A stretch of DNA of 64,000 bases, from contig OZ037765.1 of assembly GCA_964035545.1 (NCBI GenBank), positions 20,770,995-20,834,994 on the forward strand, read 5' to 3'. Each line of letters opens with the position of its first letter. Position 1 is the stretch's first letter. Shown here one piece after another: positions 31,101-46,100 of this stretch. The notes below the pieces were generated by a model. That model searched no databases and was not told the DNA's origin. It worked only from the letters and a program-made list of their open reading frames with translations. Source of the stretch: Bugula neritina (Eukaryota > Animalia > Bryozoa). Position numbers and translations under genes: made by a program.

Positions 31101-34100
31101 ATAAGTTGAAAATAAAAAATAAACATCGAATAGCAGTATAAATTATTTTTGTAGGGTTTAGTAAATCATACAGATGACGGGAGGCCAATAGAACAGCCCG
31201 TAGTTGACAGGCCGAACCCTGTAGAATTCTTTGCAGGAATCAACTGCATTTATACAACAGAGCTTATATCCTTCTATTTCATCATCTTCATTGAACTGTA
31301 GGAAAAAAGCAAATACCCATTCATCAAGTGGAATAAAATACTCAAACTATAAGCATGCGTCAATTATGGAATATCAAAACTGAAAATAATGTCAAAGATA
31401 TACTTGGTACAATAAGCAATTTTAAAGCATGATTTTTGTAAGGTCACACTTAATTGTTTATAAAAAACTCAAACAGAAAAGAATAAGCAATACTTTGAGT
31501 AGCTCTGTAGTGAGACTGTATGCCAATTTTTTAAAATTTATTGAAACCATTACTAAATTATTTTAGTATAATTACAAAATTGCCACCCACATTTCATGCA
31601 AAACATGCGCTGCTGGGATGCTGAAAATGAAAGAACTTTTGGTAACATCCTTGAAATATTAAACCTTGTAAGAGTAGCATTCATTTGTAGGGTTACTACC
31701 CTACTAGATACTGTTGTGATTAAATGAATTGTAGCAATGAAACCGTAACTTGTAGTAAAGAAGAAAAGCATGTAATCATCTGGAACATTCTCACTATTGA
31801 GTCAAACTGCTGAGTTTGTGTCGATTTTGCACACTAACTTTCATTAGCATTCAATTACTTCACAACGTATTTATTGAAAAAGCTGATTATGTTTTCAATT
31901 TTTATTTTGAAACTTACTTTTTTTTTGAAATTTACAATACTTACAACATTAGTTACATGCCCATGGTAAGGGAAATGTGTAACGAGAGATCCAAAGAATG
32001 AACTGTAACAACAGCGCTGACTCAAACCAGTAGAAGGTTCAGAGAACACTGTTTGGTAACACCAATTTTCTCCGTAGGTTCTATAGTCTACAGAGTACCA
32101 TCTGAATCTACAAACAGTATCAGCTTGTAACCAAAAAGGCAATTGGAAGATACTTTATCTGATTTTGGTAGAGGAGATTACTACAGTAATATATAATTAA
32201 ACTCAAATTTACACTAACCTAAAATCCCGCCATGCCTGCCAGCCAGTTTGCGGGCAATGTGATCTCTGGTTAAATGCAACATAAACTTCTTCATTCTGTT
32301 CAGCTACCCAGTTTAGACATTTAACTCTGGCATCTTCTGTTCCTTCAGAATTCTCTACTCTGAACAGCCACTCTCCAATCCGGTTGTCTGCCATCCAATC
32401 ACAAAGAATATTATACAGCTCATTTATTTATTGTACTCATCTGTATGTTTACTTTTACAAAAACGTATAACCTATCTTGGTTGGGACATACAGTTAAGGT
32501 AGAAAATATATTATGAGCATACCATTCATATTTCCAGGCTGGTCATCAATGTTGATGAATCCAAGTGAACCACTTTTAGGCAAATTATTTGATACGATGC
32601 TGCCATTAGCAAGCACAGACTGGAAACCTCCCACTGCTACTCCAGACAAGTAGGCTGCACTACTTTGAGCAACGCTTGTTGATAACTGGTTTACTCCTAG
32701 AGGAGTGTTTATAAAATAAGTTAGATACCAAGATACTAAAAAGTTACCATAAATTTTTGCAAAATACAAAGTTTAAAGCAATCCGCAGAAAAGTGTAGTT
32801 TATAGAACCTTATGCTAACATACCTGGGTATGCCCAGTTGATGCCATCTTCTGGATAATTGTATTTTATAAATGAGTGAACACCATCTGTGATGAATACA
32901 GCTTGGAAGTGATTCAACTAAATAAAAAAATCAATTAAATTAGAAACTTGAGTTGTGGAGAGAATTTAATGTGCATTTTTATGCTTGGACAATACCTACT
33001 GTGGTATTTGCAGTAACTTATTAAACACACTTGTATTATTTATGCCTGTTTGCTAAAACAATGTTAACATTATTATGTTACTCATCGTTTCTTCTAGTTC
33101 TATTTTATGTAATGTAGCAATACAACAGTGCTGTCACAACAGTTATGCTGTGGCTTTTAAAATGGAATGCTACTGTTTTCACATACTGTTCGCTAACCTA
33201 GCTTTGGGAGTTCGTAGATTAAAGTAATATGGCATTGAACCAGCTGATTAATTTATTACAATACATGTATAAGCATCAGAACTGCAACACGCTGTACCTA
33301 GGTATTCTATTAGTTTGAGTATGATCACTGTTATTAAAGACTTTAAATAGCTTTTTAACGCTCAAGTTCGAAAGGCAAATAAAGTGCAGGTAAAATGTGT
33401 TCTAAAACTTAATTACTTTAAAAAATCTCTTTTGAAAGACTATGATTTATACATGTAGAAATCTATCAGTAGATAACAAATTTTATCATTTAAAAAACAA
33501 ATATATCAATGGTATTGTTGTTTACCTCCAGATTCCTTGCTTTTTCTTTACAGTATGCAATGGAATACCACCAGTAAGAGTAGCCGTACAGCCTATTGAA
33601 AATGCTAGTAAATCTGCATCCTTCATCAGCAGCTAAATTTAGCCAAGTGACAACTAGCACCCAGGTTGGTTTAAAATCAGCAACAGCTTCTCCTAAAATT
33701 AAAATATTATGAAAATGCCGCATTTCTTTGTGTGTGAAATTTAAAAATAATAAAACTATTTTTAAAAAACTATGAGGTGTTTTTAATTGACTATATAGCC
33801 ATATTTTTAGAAAAAAAATTTCAACTTAATAAATCATCAGCACTGATTCAGAACTGTAATAATTGTAAAGCACAGTAAAAGGTAGGTGCGTGACAACAGC
33901 TTGGAGGTACAGTCAAAATTTAGCATGTAATTATTACCGATCAAAGAACTAGAGATGCATTTAGAACATATAACGTGACTAAAGTTGTGTTTATACTTTT
34001 ACGATTTTTAGTCAGAAACTCAATTTGGCCGGGTTGAAATTTCTCTGAGTTGCATTGCATTGTAAAAGCCACTCGTAAAAATTTTTGTATTGTGATAACT

Positions 34101-37100
34101 TAATCGGCCGATTTCAGAATAATACTCAAAAGGAGTAATAACTCCTTGTAAACATCGTTATTTAGTTACATGACTTTGGCGATTAGATTACGTACTTATA
34201 TGTTAATAATTATATTGCCTACGCCTTCTCAATTATCGCTTTTATGCTGTCAACTTCACTAATTCACGATGTTTGCAAAGGGCATCAAATAGCAATTAGG
34301 CAAGTCAGATTTCATTTTTAGAAAGTAGGCTTCTGCATCAATATGATTTCATCGATTTTCAGTTTGATTATAAAGGGGTATCTGGACAAGCGTTATTAAC
34401 TATAACTCGGTACTTTTTTCAGCAGAGGTATAAACGCAGCTTAAAAACAACTTAATAGTGCTCAAATAATTTTAAAACAAGTCTTAAAATAATAACTTTA
34501 AATGCATCATCAGGTATATCTACCCACAAAGTATGTTGCAATAATTTTAGATTATACCTGACTTTTCCACATCTAGCTGAGCTCTGTCTAAGACCCTTCT
34601 TGTTTCATCACTCATAGCCACATTTCTTTTATACACTCCATAGTAGACTCTGGTTCTAGCCTCAGGCCACTCATCAGCTAACAGACTCATTGAAGCCTCA
34701 TCAGATCGCCCCCAAAACGGGGAGAAGAATGATCTTGAATTGTAATACCAGTTACTACCAAACCTCCAGGGATAATACTGCACCCATTCAATGTTGAAAC
34801 TAATCATCCCATTTTTGCAAATCTGAAAAAAGTTAATTCCCATAAGTTAGCCAGGTGTACTTTTTAAGGCAACAGTTATAACAAATTTGTATTCGCTATC
34901 GACATATTACCATACACAAGATTCACAAGATTTAAATGTTATCAACAAAATCAAATTTAACAGTATAATTAGTAAATAGCATGCTTTGAATTTTGATATA
35001 AAACTTGAATGTTTGCATTTAATCTACCTGGTTAAATATTCAGGACCATGAACACAATTACATTGTATTTTTGCTCACAATTTGAAGAATGAGATATATA
35101 AGTTACATGTATTTTGTAGAATCTGTGATCAAAAATTAGGGTCCCAGCCCGTCTATTCAATGCTATGGCTGTACAGCGATCATATTTCCACCAACTTTCA
35201 GGTTCATCCATGAGATCTGTATCTCCATGTTCAGCACCCCAGGGGTACAATCTTGTTGAGGACCATGCAGAGGGTTGTCTCCAAATTTCATCAGATTCTT
35301 CAGTTCCTGATTGGATTAATAAAATCTTATTAATGATTCACATAGCTGCTGCAAATGTTCTCAGCATAGTGTTAATTTTTGGAAGTTGTATACCTATGCA
35401 TTAATCCACTTCTCAAGATTTTTTTATTACTAATATAGTTTTTAAATTTCTCAATGACAATAACATAGATTTACAATGAAAAATTTGGAGAAGCTTGGAT
35501 TTACTTAGCATTAATAAACTATGTATTATTGTAGTATATGGCATATTAGAATACAAAATTTTCACTATTCAAAGACTGTTATGTTAGACAAATGATTAAC
35601 TTTTTGAAAGTTTTGATAGAGAATGCTATTTACAGCCTGCAAAACATTACTTCAGTCTAAATTGGTACATTTTCACCTAATATTATTAACTCATGCTGGG
35701 AAGGTAACACAAAATCTTTTACCCCCAAGTCTCTTACTTATGGTTGAATGCAATGATTATAAAAAATTTCTTTAAAGAATATTAGAATAAAGGTGAACTT
35801 CAAGCAGTTATTAACAGAAACTTTCCCATGAAGTTTAGGGTTGCATAACCATCATTAGAATAACATGCGGGGCAATTGCACATACAGAAGTGTAATGCCA
35901 CGAAAGCTATTAGATTGATTGTAATATGTACTATATACTCCGTGAGTTAAAGGCCTGTTCTAATTTCAGATATTGAGTTGGCAATCAATTCCTAAATTAC
36001 AGTACTTATTTAAGAGATTTCAATTGAAAAGTTCCATCAATTAATTGTTTGCATCTACTATCAACTTAAAAACTCAAAATTGATAGAATACTAAAAAATA
36101 CTTGACGTTTTATTTCAAAATACAGTTTTTGCAATAGGGCACTAGCAAAGAGTGATTAACCACGTCTATATATACACCTTTACAAACTGTTTCGCTTAGT
36201 GTCTATATTATATAATTGTTACCGTAACACATCCCAATATTTCAGTTTCTGAGCCACTGAATATATTAAATCTAAAGATGTGTGCAAAGATATATTGTTG
36301 GTTCTTACTCATATTGAATATAAATATTCCAGGAACCCCAATGTTGCTTTCACACACAATGTTATATTCTTCACCAGATAAGGCTAATTCATGGGAGTAG
36401 TAGTTGCTGTTATCACCCATATCGTACCCAATCTGTATAATGCAAAAATGTATAAAATGCTTTGTAAACTACTTGTCCATTTTTATTACTAAATTTTAGA
36501 TGTTTCATTTAATATTGAATTATTCTTGAAAGTAATAGTATTGAATACATTACAGCTATAACCACCATTACACTAGTTGCTAGTCAAATGCTTTATAGAG
36601 CTCGACATATTTAAACTATAATCTGTAACATTGACACTGCCTAGGTTTAATGTTTAACAACTTGTATATAATCAATTTAAGTGATAGACCATAGTAAAAA
36701 AGCCATGGTATATTGAAAATGAACTATTTATAGAATTGTTTCCATAACAGAATATAAGTAGGAGACTTGCCTTTATCTGACAGCTTGAATTAACATAACA
36801 AACTTTTTTAGTACAATATCTTGTAGCAAATTTGAATATCTTATTAGTAGCTACCTGGGCAGATAAACCCCTGGTGAGTTCAATTGTTAAGTAGTTGAAT
36901 ATGACATAAGTGTCTGTATCATCTGTCACAATCACTACTTGGAATGTACTGTTCTACAATAGATAATAATGATGTTAGATATTTATATGCAGTACAACCA
37001 ATGAAAGAAGCTTAGTACTATGTCAGAATTTTTCATGAACTTTAATACATTCAGGAAAATTGCAAAAGTATTAAAAAATCAACTATAAGTATATTACAGT

Positions 37101-40100
37101 AATATCATTAGTTACAAAACAATAAGACTTGTATAAACATTACGCATATGTTATCTGAATAAATTATGATGAAACAAAACAAATGTTAACACACGCACGC
37201 ACGCACACATTAATATGCACACATTAACATGCACAGACACACTAACCTATACATTTACTAAGAAATGATATTCAAACAATTCTTATTTAGCAAAGCAGTT
37301 TCACAAACCTTGTCAGTATCTGAGCTCCCATACAATGGAATTTGGTACCAAGTGGCTATCATCATCCAATTTGCTTCAAAATCTGAACTATTTACTGTTG
37401 GAAATAAAAAAATACAATTATAAGTAGCTAAGAATAGTTGTTTTATGTGTACACAAATATTAAACAAAACAAGCTTAGTATGTTTTAGTCAAAAGGAACC
37501 AACAATTTTTCTAACATGTTAATCGCTACCAAACTCTCATTTTGAAAATGGCTACACGAGACTATATAATATGATTCTTTAGTTATCTATGCATTCATTC
37601 ACCTGCAGCTGAGGCAAATTTTAACAAACTGGAGTCGTTTGTTTCCCTTGCATATAGTTTACCACGGAATAACAGGTTTAAGTCCAGCCAAAATGGAGAG
37701 ATTATTGAAGCTGAAGATTGTGGAAAGGTGTCTGGAATGTGATCTGAATTTGCATAATTTAGAGATATTATCCCATTGCTGCAAACCTGCAGAAAATAAT
37801 ATAGCTTTTGAAACAGCAACTGAATTGTGTCAGGTTTTAAAAACTAAGTAACTAATTAGGGGATTGCCTTTTGATTTTTCAATAACCAAAAAAGTATTCA
37901 AAGACATACAGATTGTCTACAAGGTGATATGTAGTTACTTTTTTAAAAGTTAAAATCAGTATTCTAGTAAGTAATGAACAACAGTAACAAAAAAGTAGAC
38001 TTGAAATAAATTGAAAAGCTGTCATACTTTGATAAAACTTATTTAGTATAATATGCTTAGATGAAAGTGTTTTCTAAAGCTAGGTTGCTGTGCTTTTATG
38101 TTCCAGTAAGGTTTTAAGATAGACTTTAACTGCCATTCATTTTACTATAACAAAGTACCTAATGCAAAATAATAACCACTGTTATTTCTCTAAAAATAAG
38201 CAAAGAACCATAGTTATTCAATTTTATAACTAAAAATGTTAAACTGTAGAGCTCTATCTTGTGTTTAACTGAACAACTAATTTTATCAATTGAACAAAAT
38301 ATGCAAATACATGTTAAGGAAATGGGGTGTTTTCAACAATATTAAAGAGCTCATTCACTTCTGCTAGTTTTTCAGTATTGAAGCATAACAGCCGTCAGTT
38401 TACAAATAATGCAAATTTTAAAAGATACTGCTCATACGTATAATCTTGAATATTCTCTTCCGAACATGATGATGTTGTGATCAAACAGTAAATTACATCC
38501 GTCATCACTAGGTGTTGCTGTTTTGTCACCAGCTTCAGGTCCAAACGGGTATAGATAATCTAAAACCAAGACAATACATTATAGTATTTAATCATTTAAT
38601 GAAGTATCAAATAACAATCAACAAAGCTATCAATTGAGAGCTTAACCATAGCAAGAGTTAATATATAACATCTGGTGGGAGTGCATCTTAAAAAAATTAA
38701 GTTCCTGGCAGTTAGAAAATTATGAAAAATTGCATCAGTACTAGAAAAACCATTTTTTATAACATTTTTTACTACTCCTTAAATTTGAATGGATAAAACG
38801 TATTTCAACAAATTTTAAAGAACCTTACAGTCTGTTGACAAGCTTTCTGTTGAGTTTTCTTCATTAATTGCTGTCCAATCAATTGTAAAGTTTCTTTCTT
38901 CACAACCTAACATTATTGGTGCTGTAGTAGTTGATGTACTAAATATAGATGTTGAGTTTTCTGTTGTTGTTCCATCTCTTGTTGAACTTGTTGGTACAGA
39001 AGTTGTACTGTATGTTGAACTTCCTGTTGTTGTTCCATCACTTGTTGAATTTGTTGGCACAGAAGTTGTACTGTATGTTGAACTTCCTGTTGTTGGTCCA
39101 TCACTTGTTGAATTTGTTGGCACAGAAGTTGTATTGTATGTTGAACTTTCTGTTGTTGTTCCACCACTTGTTGAACTTGTTGGCCAATAAGTGGTACTGT
39201 ATGTTGAACTTCCTGTTGTTGTTTCATCACTTGTTGGTACAAAAGTTGTATTGTATGTTGAACTTTCTGTTGTTGTTCTGTCACTTGTTGAACCTGTAAT
39301 ATAATATATAATTGTTACTGTAACACATACAGTAAACAATCCCAACATTTTAGTCTCTGAGCCACTGAATATATTAAATCTAAACACGTGTTCAAAGAGA
39401 TATTGTTGGTTCTTACTCATATTGAATACAAATATTCCAGGAACACCGATGTTGCTTTCACACACAATGTTATATTCTTCACCAGAGAGAGATAAATTGT
39501 GGGAGTAGTAGTTGGTGTTATCACCCATATCGTACCCAATCTGTATAATATGACAAAATACAAAATGCTTGTTAAATTACATGTCCATTTTTATTATTGA
39601 ATTTTAGATATTTCCTCCACTATTTAATGATACTTGATATTAATAGTATTGAACACATTACAGCTATAACCACCATTACACTAGTTGTTAGTCAAATGAT
39701 TTATAGAGCTGGCCATATTTAAATTATAATCTCTAATATTGACACTGCTTAGGTTTAATGTGTAACAACTTGTATATAATCAATTTAAGGGATAAACCGC
39801 AGAAAAAAAGCCATGGTAAATTAGAAATCAATTATTTGCATGATTGTTTCCATCAAAAAATATAATTAGGAGACAGGCCTTCATTTGTCAGTTTGAATTA
39901 AAATAAAAAAGCTTCTTTAAGATGACATATGCTTTTAGAATACTGAATACTTTATTAGTAGCTACCTGAGCAGATAAACCCCTGGTGAGTTCAATTGTTA
40001 AGTAGTTGAATGTTACATAAGTGTCTGTATCATCTGTCACAATCACTACTTGGAATGTACTGTTCTACAATAGATAATAATGACAATAGATATTTATATG

Positions 40101-43100
40101 CAGTACAACCAATGAAAAAGGATTAGTACTATGTCAGAACTTTTAATGAGCTTTAACACATTTAAAAAATTTGCAAAAAATACGAAAAAATCAACTATAA
40201 ATAGATGAGAGTAACATCATAGATAAAACAATGATACTTGTATAGACATTACATATATGTTATCTGAATAAATCATGGTGAAACAAAACAAATCTTGACA
40301 CACACATACACTGACGCTCCCGAAAGCACCCACACAAACATCAATATGCACAGACACACTAACCTATACAGTTACTAAGAAATGATATTCAAACAATTCT
40401 TATTTAGCAAAGCAGTTTCACAAACCTTGTCAGTATCTGAGCTCCCATACAATGGAATTTGGTACCAAGTGGCTATCATCATCCAAGTTGCTTCAAAATC
40501 TGAACTATTTACTGTTGGAAATAAAAAGATGCAATTATAAGTAGCTAAGAATAGTTGTTTTATGTGTTCACAAATATTAAACAAAAAGAGCCTGGTATGT
40601 TTTAGTCAAAAGGAACCAACAATTTTCCTAACATGTTAATTACTACCAAACTCTCATTTTAAAAATGGCCACACGAGACTAGACATTATTCTTTAGTTAT
40701 CTATGTATTCATTCACCTGCAGTTGAGGCAAATTTTAACAAACTGGAGTCGTTTGTTTCCCTTGCATATAGTTTACCACGGAATAACAGGTTTAAGTCCA
40801 GCCAAAATGGGGAGATTATTGAAGCTGAAGATTGTGGAAAGGTGTCTGGATTGTAATCTGAATTTGCATTATTCAGAGATATTATCCCATTGCTGCAAAC
40901 CTGCAACAAATAACATAGCTTTTAAAACAGTAATTGAATTGTCTCAGGTTTTAAAAACTGAGGTAACCAATTAAGGAATTGGCTCTTGATTTTTCAATAA
41001 CAAAAAAATGAATTTAAAGACATACAGATTGTCTACAAGGTGATATATAGTTACTTTTATAAAAGTTAAAATCAGTATTCTAGTAAGTAATGAACAACGG
41101 TAACAAAAAAAGTAGACTTGAAATAAATTGAAAAGTGTTCATACTTTGATAAAACTAATTTAGTATAATATGTTTAGATAAAAGTGTTTTCTCAAGCTAG
41201 GCTGCTGTGTTTTTTATGTTCCAGTAAGGTGTTGAATAGACTTTAGCTACCATTCATTTTACTGTAACTGTAACAAAGTGCCAAAAGCAAAATAATAACC
41301 ACTTTTGTTTTTCTAAAAGTGAGCATGGATTCATATTTATTTCATTTTATTGCTAAAAATGTAAAGCTGTAGAGCTTCATCTTGTGTCGAACTAAATAAC
41401 TAATCATATTAATTGAACCAAATATTGCAAATTTGACAAACTGCAAATACATGCTAAGGAAATGGCGCGTTTTCGATACTATTACACAGCTCGGCGATTT
41501 CAGTATGGAAGCTTAACAGCCATAACTTTACAAATAATTTGAAAATTTTAAAAGGTATTGCTCATACGTATAATCTTAAATATTCTCTCCCGAACATGAT
41601 GATGTTGTGATCAAACAGTATATTACATCCGTCATCACTAGGTGTTGCTGTTTTGTCACCAGCTTCAGGCCCAAACGGGTATAGATAATCTGAAATCAAA
41701 ACAATACTTTTAAGTTACCGTCACCATTTAATTTTTTAATGAAGTATCAAATAACAATACAAAGCTATCAATTGAGAGCTTAACCATAGCAAGAGTTAAT
41801 ATATAACATCTGGTGGGAGCGCATCTTAAAAAAATTAAGTTCCTGGCAGTTAGAAAATTATGGAAAATTGCATCAGTACTAGAAAAACCATTTTTCCCAA
41901 CATTTCATTACTACTCCTTAAATTTGAATGAATAAAACATATTTCAACATATTTTAAAGAGCCTTACAGTCTGTTGACAAGCTTTCTGTTGAGTTTTTTT
42001 CATTAATTGCTGTCCAATCAATTGTCAAGTTTCTTTCTTCACAACCTAACATTATTGGTGCTGTAGTAGTTGATGTTGAGTTTTCTGTTGTTGTTCCATC
42101 ACTTGTTAAACCTGTAATAGATTATGGGTCACTTCACTTAATTTAGTACACACTCGAAATCTCCAGTTTTTAGCTATTTTTCCCAATTTAGCTGCTAGTG
42201 TATTTGAGTTTGTGCTCAAAAACTAATAGCATATCAATTAATACAATTAAATAATCAAGATTAATTTTAATTTTGCTTAATTTCCCATGTTTTTCCTAAT
42301 TACTTAGCAAATTTGGATTTGTGGATCGTCACGGTTTTCGTGACTGTAGCACATATATATTAAGTGCAAATAACAATGACTGTGCGCTTTAATGTATGGG
42401 AATCCCCTTCCAGCCATTTTTGTTATGCATAATTAGAACCAGCACTTAAAAATACCACATATAGTAAATCTCAATGGATTTTGAGCAAACTTTAAAAGTC
42501 ATAATTTGCTGATGTGTACTAAATGAAGTGAAACGACTCTTATATAATTGTTACTGACACACATACAATAAAAAATCTAAATATCTCAGTCTCTAAGCCA
42601 CTGCATATATTAAATCTAAAGATGTGTGCAAAGAGATATTGTTGGTTCTTACTCATATTGAATATAAATATTCCAGGAACACCAATGTTGCTTTCACACA
42701 CAATGTTATATTCTTCACCAGAGAAAGCTAATTCATGGGAGTAGTAGTTGGTGTTATCACCCATATCGTACCCAATCTGTGTAATATGATAAAATACAAA
42801 ATGCTTGTTAAATTACATGTCCATTTTTATTATTGAATTTTAGATATTTCCTCCATTATTTAATGATACTTGATATTAATAGTATTGAACACATTACAGC
42901 TAAAACCACCATTACATATTTAAATTATATTCTCTAATATTGACACTGCTTAGGTTTAATGTGTAACAACTTGTATATAATCAATTTAAGGGATAAACCA
43001 TAGAAAAAAAGCCATGGTAGATTAGAAATGAATTATTTGCATGATTGTTTCCATCAAAAAATATAATTAGAACACAGGCCTTCATTTGTCAGTTTGAATA

Positions 43101-46100
43101 AAAATATAAAATCTTCTTTAAGATGACATATGCTTTTAGAATACTGAATATTTTATTAGTAGTAACCTGAGCATATAAACCCCTGGTGAGTTCAATTGTT
43201 AAGTAGTTGAATATGACATAAGTGTCGGTATCATCTGTCACAATCACTACTTGGAATGTACTGTTCTACAATAGATAATAATGACAATAGATATTAATAT
43301 GCAGTACAACTAATGAAAAAGGATTAGTACTATGTCAGAATTTTTAATGAGCTTTAACACATTTAAAAAGTTTGCAAAAAGTACGAAAAAATCAACTATA
43401 AATAGATGAGAGTAACATCATAGACAAAACACTGATACTTGTATAGACATTACATATATGTTATCTGAATAAATCATGGTGAAACAAAACAAATCTTGAC
43501 ACACACATACACTGACGCTTGCGAATGAACCCACACAAACATTAATATGCACAGACACACTAACCTATACATTTATTAAGGAATGATATTCAAACAATTC
43601 TTATTTAGCAAAACAGTTTCACACACCTTGTCAACATCTGAGCTCCTGTACAATGGAACTTCGTACCAAGTGGCTATCATCATCCAATTTGCTTCAAACT
43701 CTGAACTATTTACTGTTGGAAATAAAACAATACAACTATAAGTAGCTAAGAATAGTTGTTTTATGTGTTCACAAATAATAAAAACAAAACAAGCCTAGTA
43801 TGTTTTAGTCAAAAGGAACCAACGATATTCCTAAAATGTTAATTGCTACCAAACTGCATTTTAAAAATGGCTACACGAGACTATACATTATTCTTTAGTT
43901 ATCTATGCATTCATTCACCTGCAGCTGAGGCAAATTGTAACAAACTGGAGTCGTTTGTTTCCCTTGCATATAGTTTACCACGGAATAACAGGTTTAAGTC
44001 CAGCCAAAATGGGGAGATTATTGAAGCTGAAGATTGTGGAAAGAAATTCGGAATAAAATCAAAATTTGCATTATTCAGAGATATTATCCCATTGCTGCAA
44101 ACCTGCAACAAATAACATAGCTTTTAAAACAGTTATTGAATTGTCTCAGGTTTTAAAAACTGAGGTAACTAATTAAGGAAATGGCTCTTGATTTTTCAAT
44201 AACAAAAAATGAATTTAAAGACATACAGATTGTCTACAAGGTGATATATAGTTACTTTTATAAAAGCTAAAATCAGTATTCTAGTAAGTAATGAACAACA
44301 GTAACAAAAAAAGTAGACTTGAACTAAATTGAAAAGTGTTCAAACTTTCATCAAACTAATTTAGTATAATATGTTTAAATGAAAGTGTTTTCTAAAGCTA
44401 GGTTGCTGTGCTTTTATGTTCCAGAAAGGTTTTAAGATAGACTTTAACTGCCATCCATTTTACTGTAACAAATTACCTAATGCAAAATAATACCCACTAT
44501 TATTTCTCTAAAAATAAGCAAAGAACCATAGTTATTTAATTTTATAACTAAAAATGTTAAACTGTAGAGCTCTATCTTGTGTTTAACTAAATAACTAACT
44601 TTATCAATTGAACAGAATATTGCAAATTTGAGAAACTGCAAATACATGTAAAGGAAATGGCGCGTTTTCAACAATATTAAAGAGCTCATTCACTTCTGCT
44701 AGTTTTTCAGTATTGAAGCATAACAGCCGTAAGTTTACAAATAATTTGAAAATTTCAACAGATATTGCTCATACATATAATCTTGAATATTCTCTTCCGA
44801 ACATGATGATGTTGTGATCAAACAGTATATTACATCCGTCATCACTAGGTGGCGCTGTTTTGTCACCAGCTTCAGGTCCAAACGGGTATAGATAATCTGA
44901 AACAAAGACAATTCTCTTTAGTTATCGTCACCTCTTTAATTTTTAATGAAGTATAAAATCATAAATCAACACAGCTATCAATTGAAAGCTTAACCATAAC
45001 AAGAGTTACGACTTGGCCTCACGCTCGTGAGAATCACACGAAACTCGTGTGACGATTTTTGTGAGTTATCCTCTCGTTATGACCAGCCACACACTCGTCG
45101 GACGTAACATAATATAGTAAATAGTCAGTGAATGAGTCTTGCACGAGATACAAACAGCATAAAATTGCCAAACAGAGAAACCTGATAGAAATAAAATATA
45201 ATTACTGTTGCTAAAATCTATTGACCAATCAAATGGTGCTTATCGTAGGTTGTGAATTTTCGTCCATCGTCTTCATTGTGTACACCCAACGGAGACGATT
45301 TTGTTTAAATTCCCTCAAGTTTTCTTGTACGATTGGGTTTTCGTGTCAAATAGACGATTTCGTGTGATTCTCATGAGTGTGTGGCCAAGCCTTACATATA
45401 TAACATCTGGTGGTATTGCATCTTAAAAAAATTAAGTACCTGGCAGTTAGAAAATTATGAAAAATTGCATTAGTACTAGAAAAACCATTTTTCCCAACAT
45501 TTCATTACTACTCCTTAAATTTGAATGAATAAAACGTATTTCAACATATTTTAAAGAGCCTTACAGTCTGTTGACAAGCTTTCTGTTGAGTTTTCTTCAT
45601 TAATTGCTGTCCAATCAATTGTCAAGTTTTTTTCTTCACAACCTAACATTATTGGTGCTGTAGTAGTTGATGTACTAAATATAGATGTTGAGTTTTCTGT
45701 TGTTGTTCCATCACTTGTTGAATTTGTTGGCACAGAAGTTGTACTGTATGTTGAACTTCCTGTTGTTGTTCCATCACTTGTTGAATTTGTTGGCACAGAA
45801 GTTGTACTGTATGTTGAACTTCCTGTTGTTGTTCCATCACTTGTTGAATTTGTTGGCACAGAAGTTGTACTGTATGTTGAAATTCCTGTTGTTGTGCCAT
45901 CACTTGTTGAATTTGTTGGCACAGAAGTTGTACTGTATGTTGAACTTCCTGTTGTTGTTCCGTCACTTGTTGAATTTGTTGGCACAGAAGTTGTACTGTA
46001 TGTTGAACTTCCTGTTGTTGTTCCGTCACTTGTTGAATTTGTTGGCACAGAAGTTGTACTGTATGTTGAACTTCCTGTTGTTGTTCCATCACTTGTTGAA

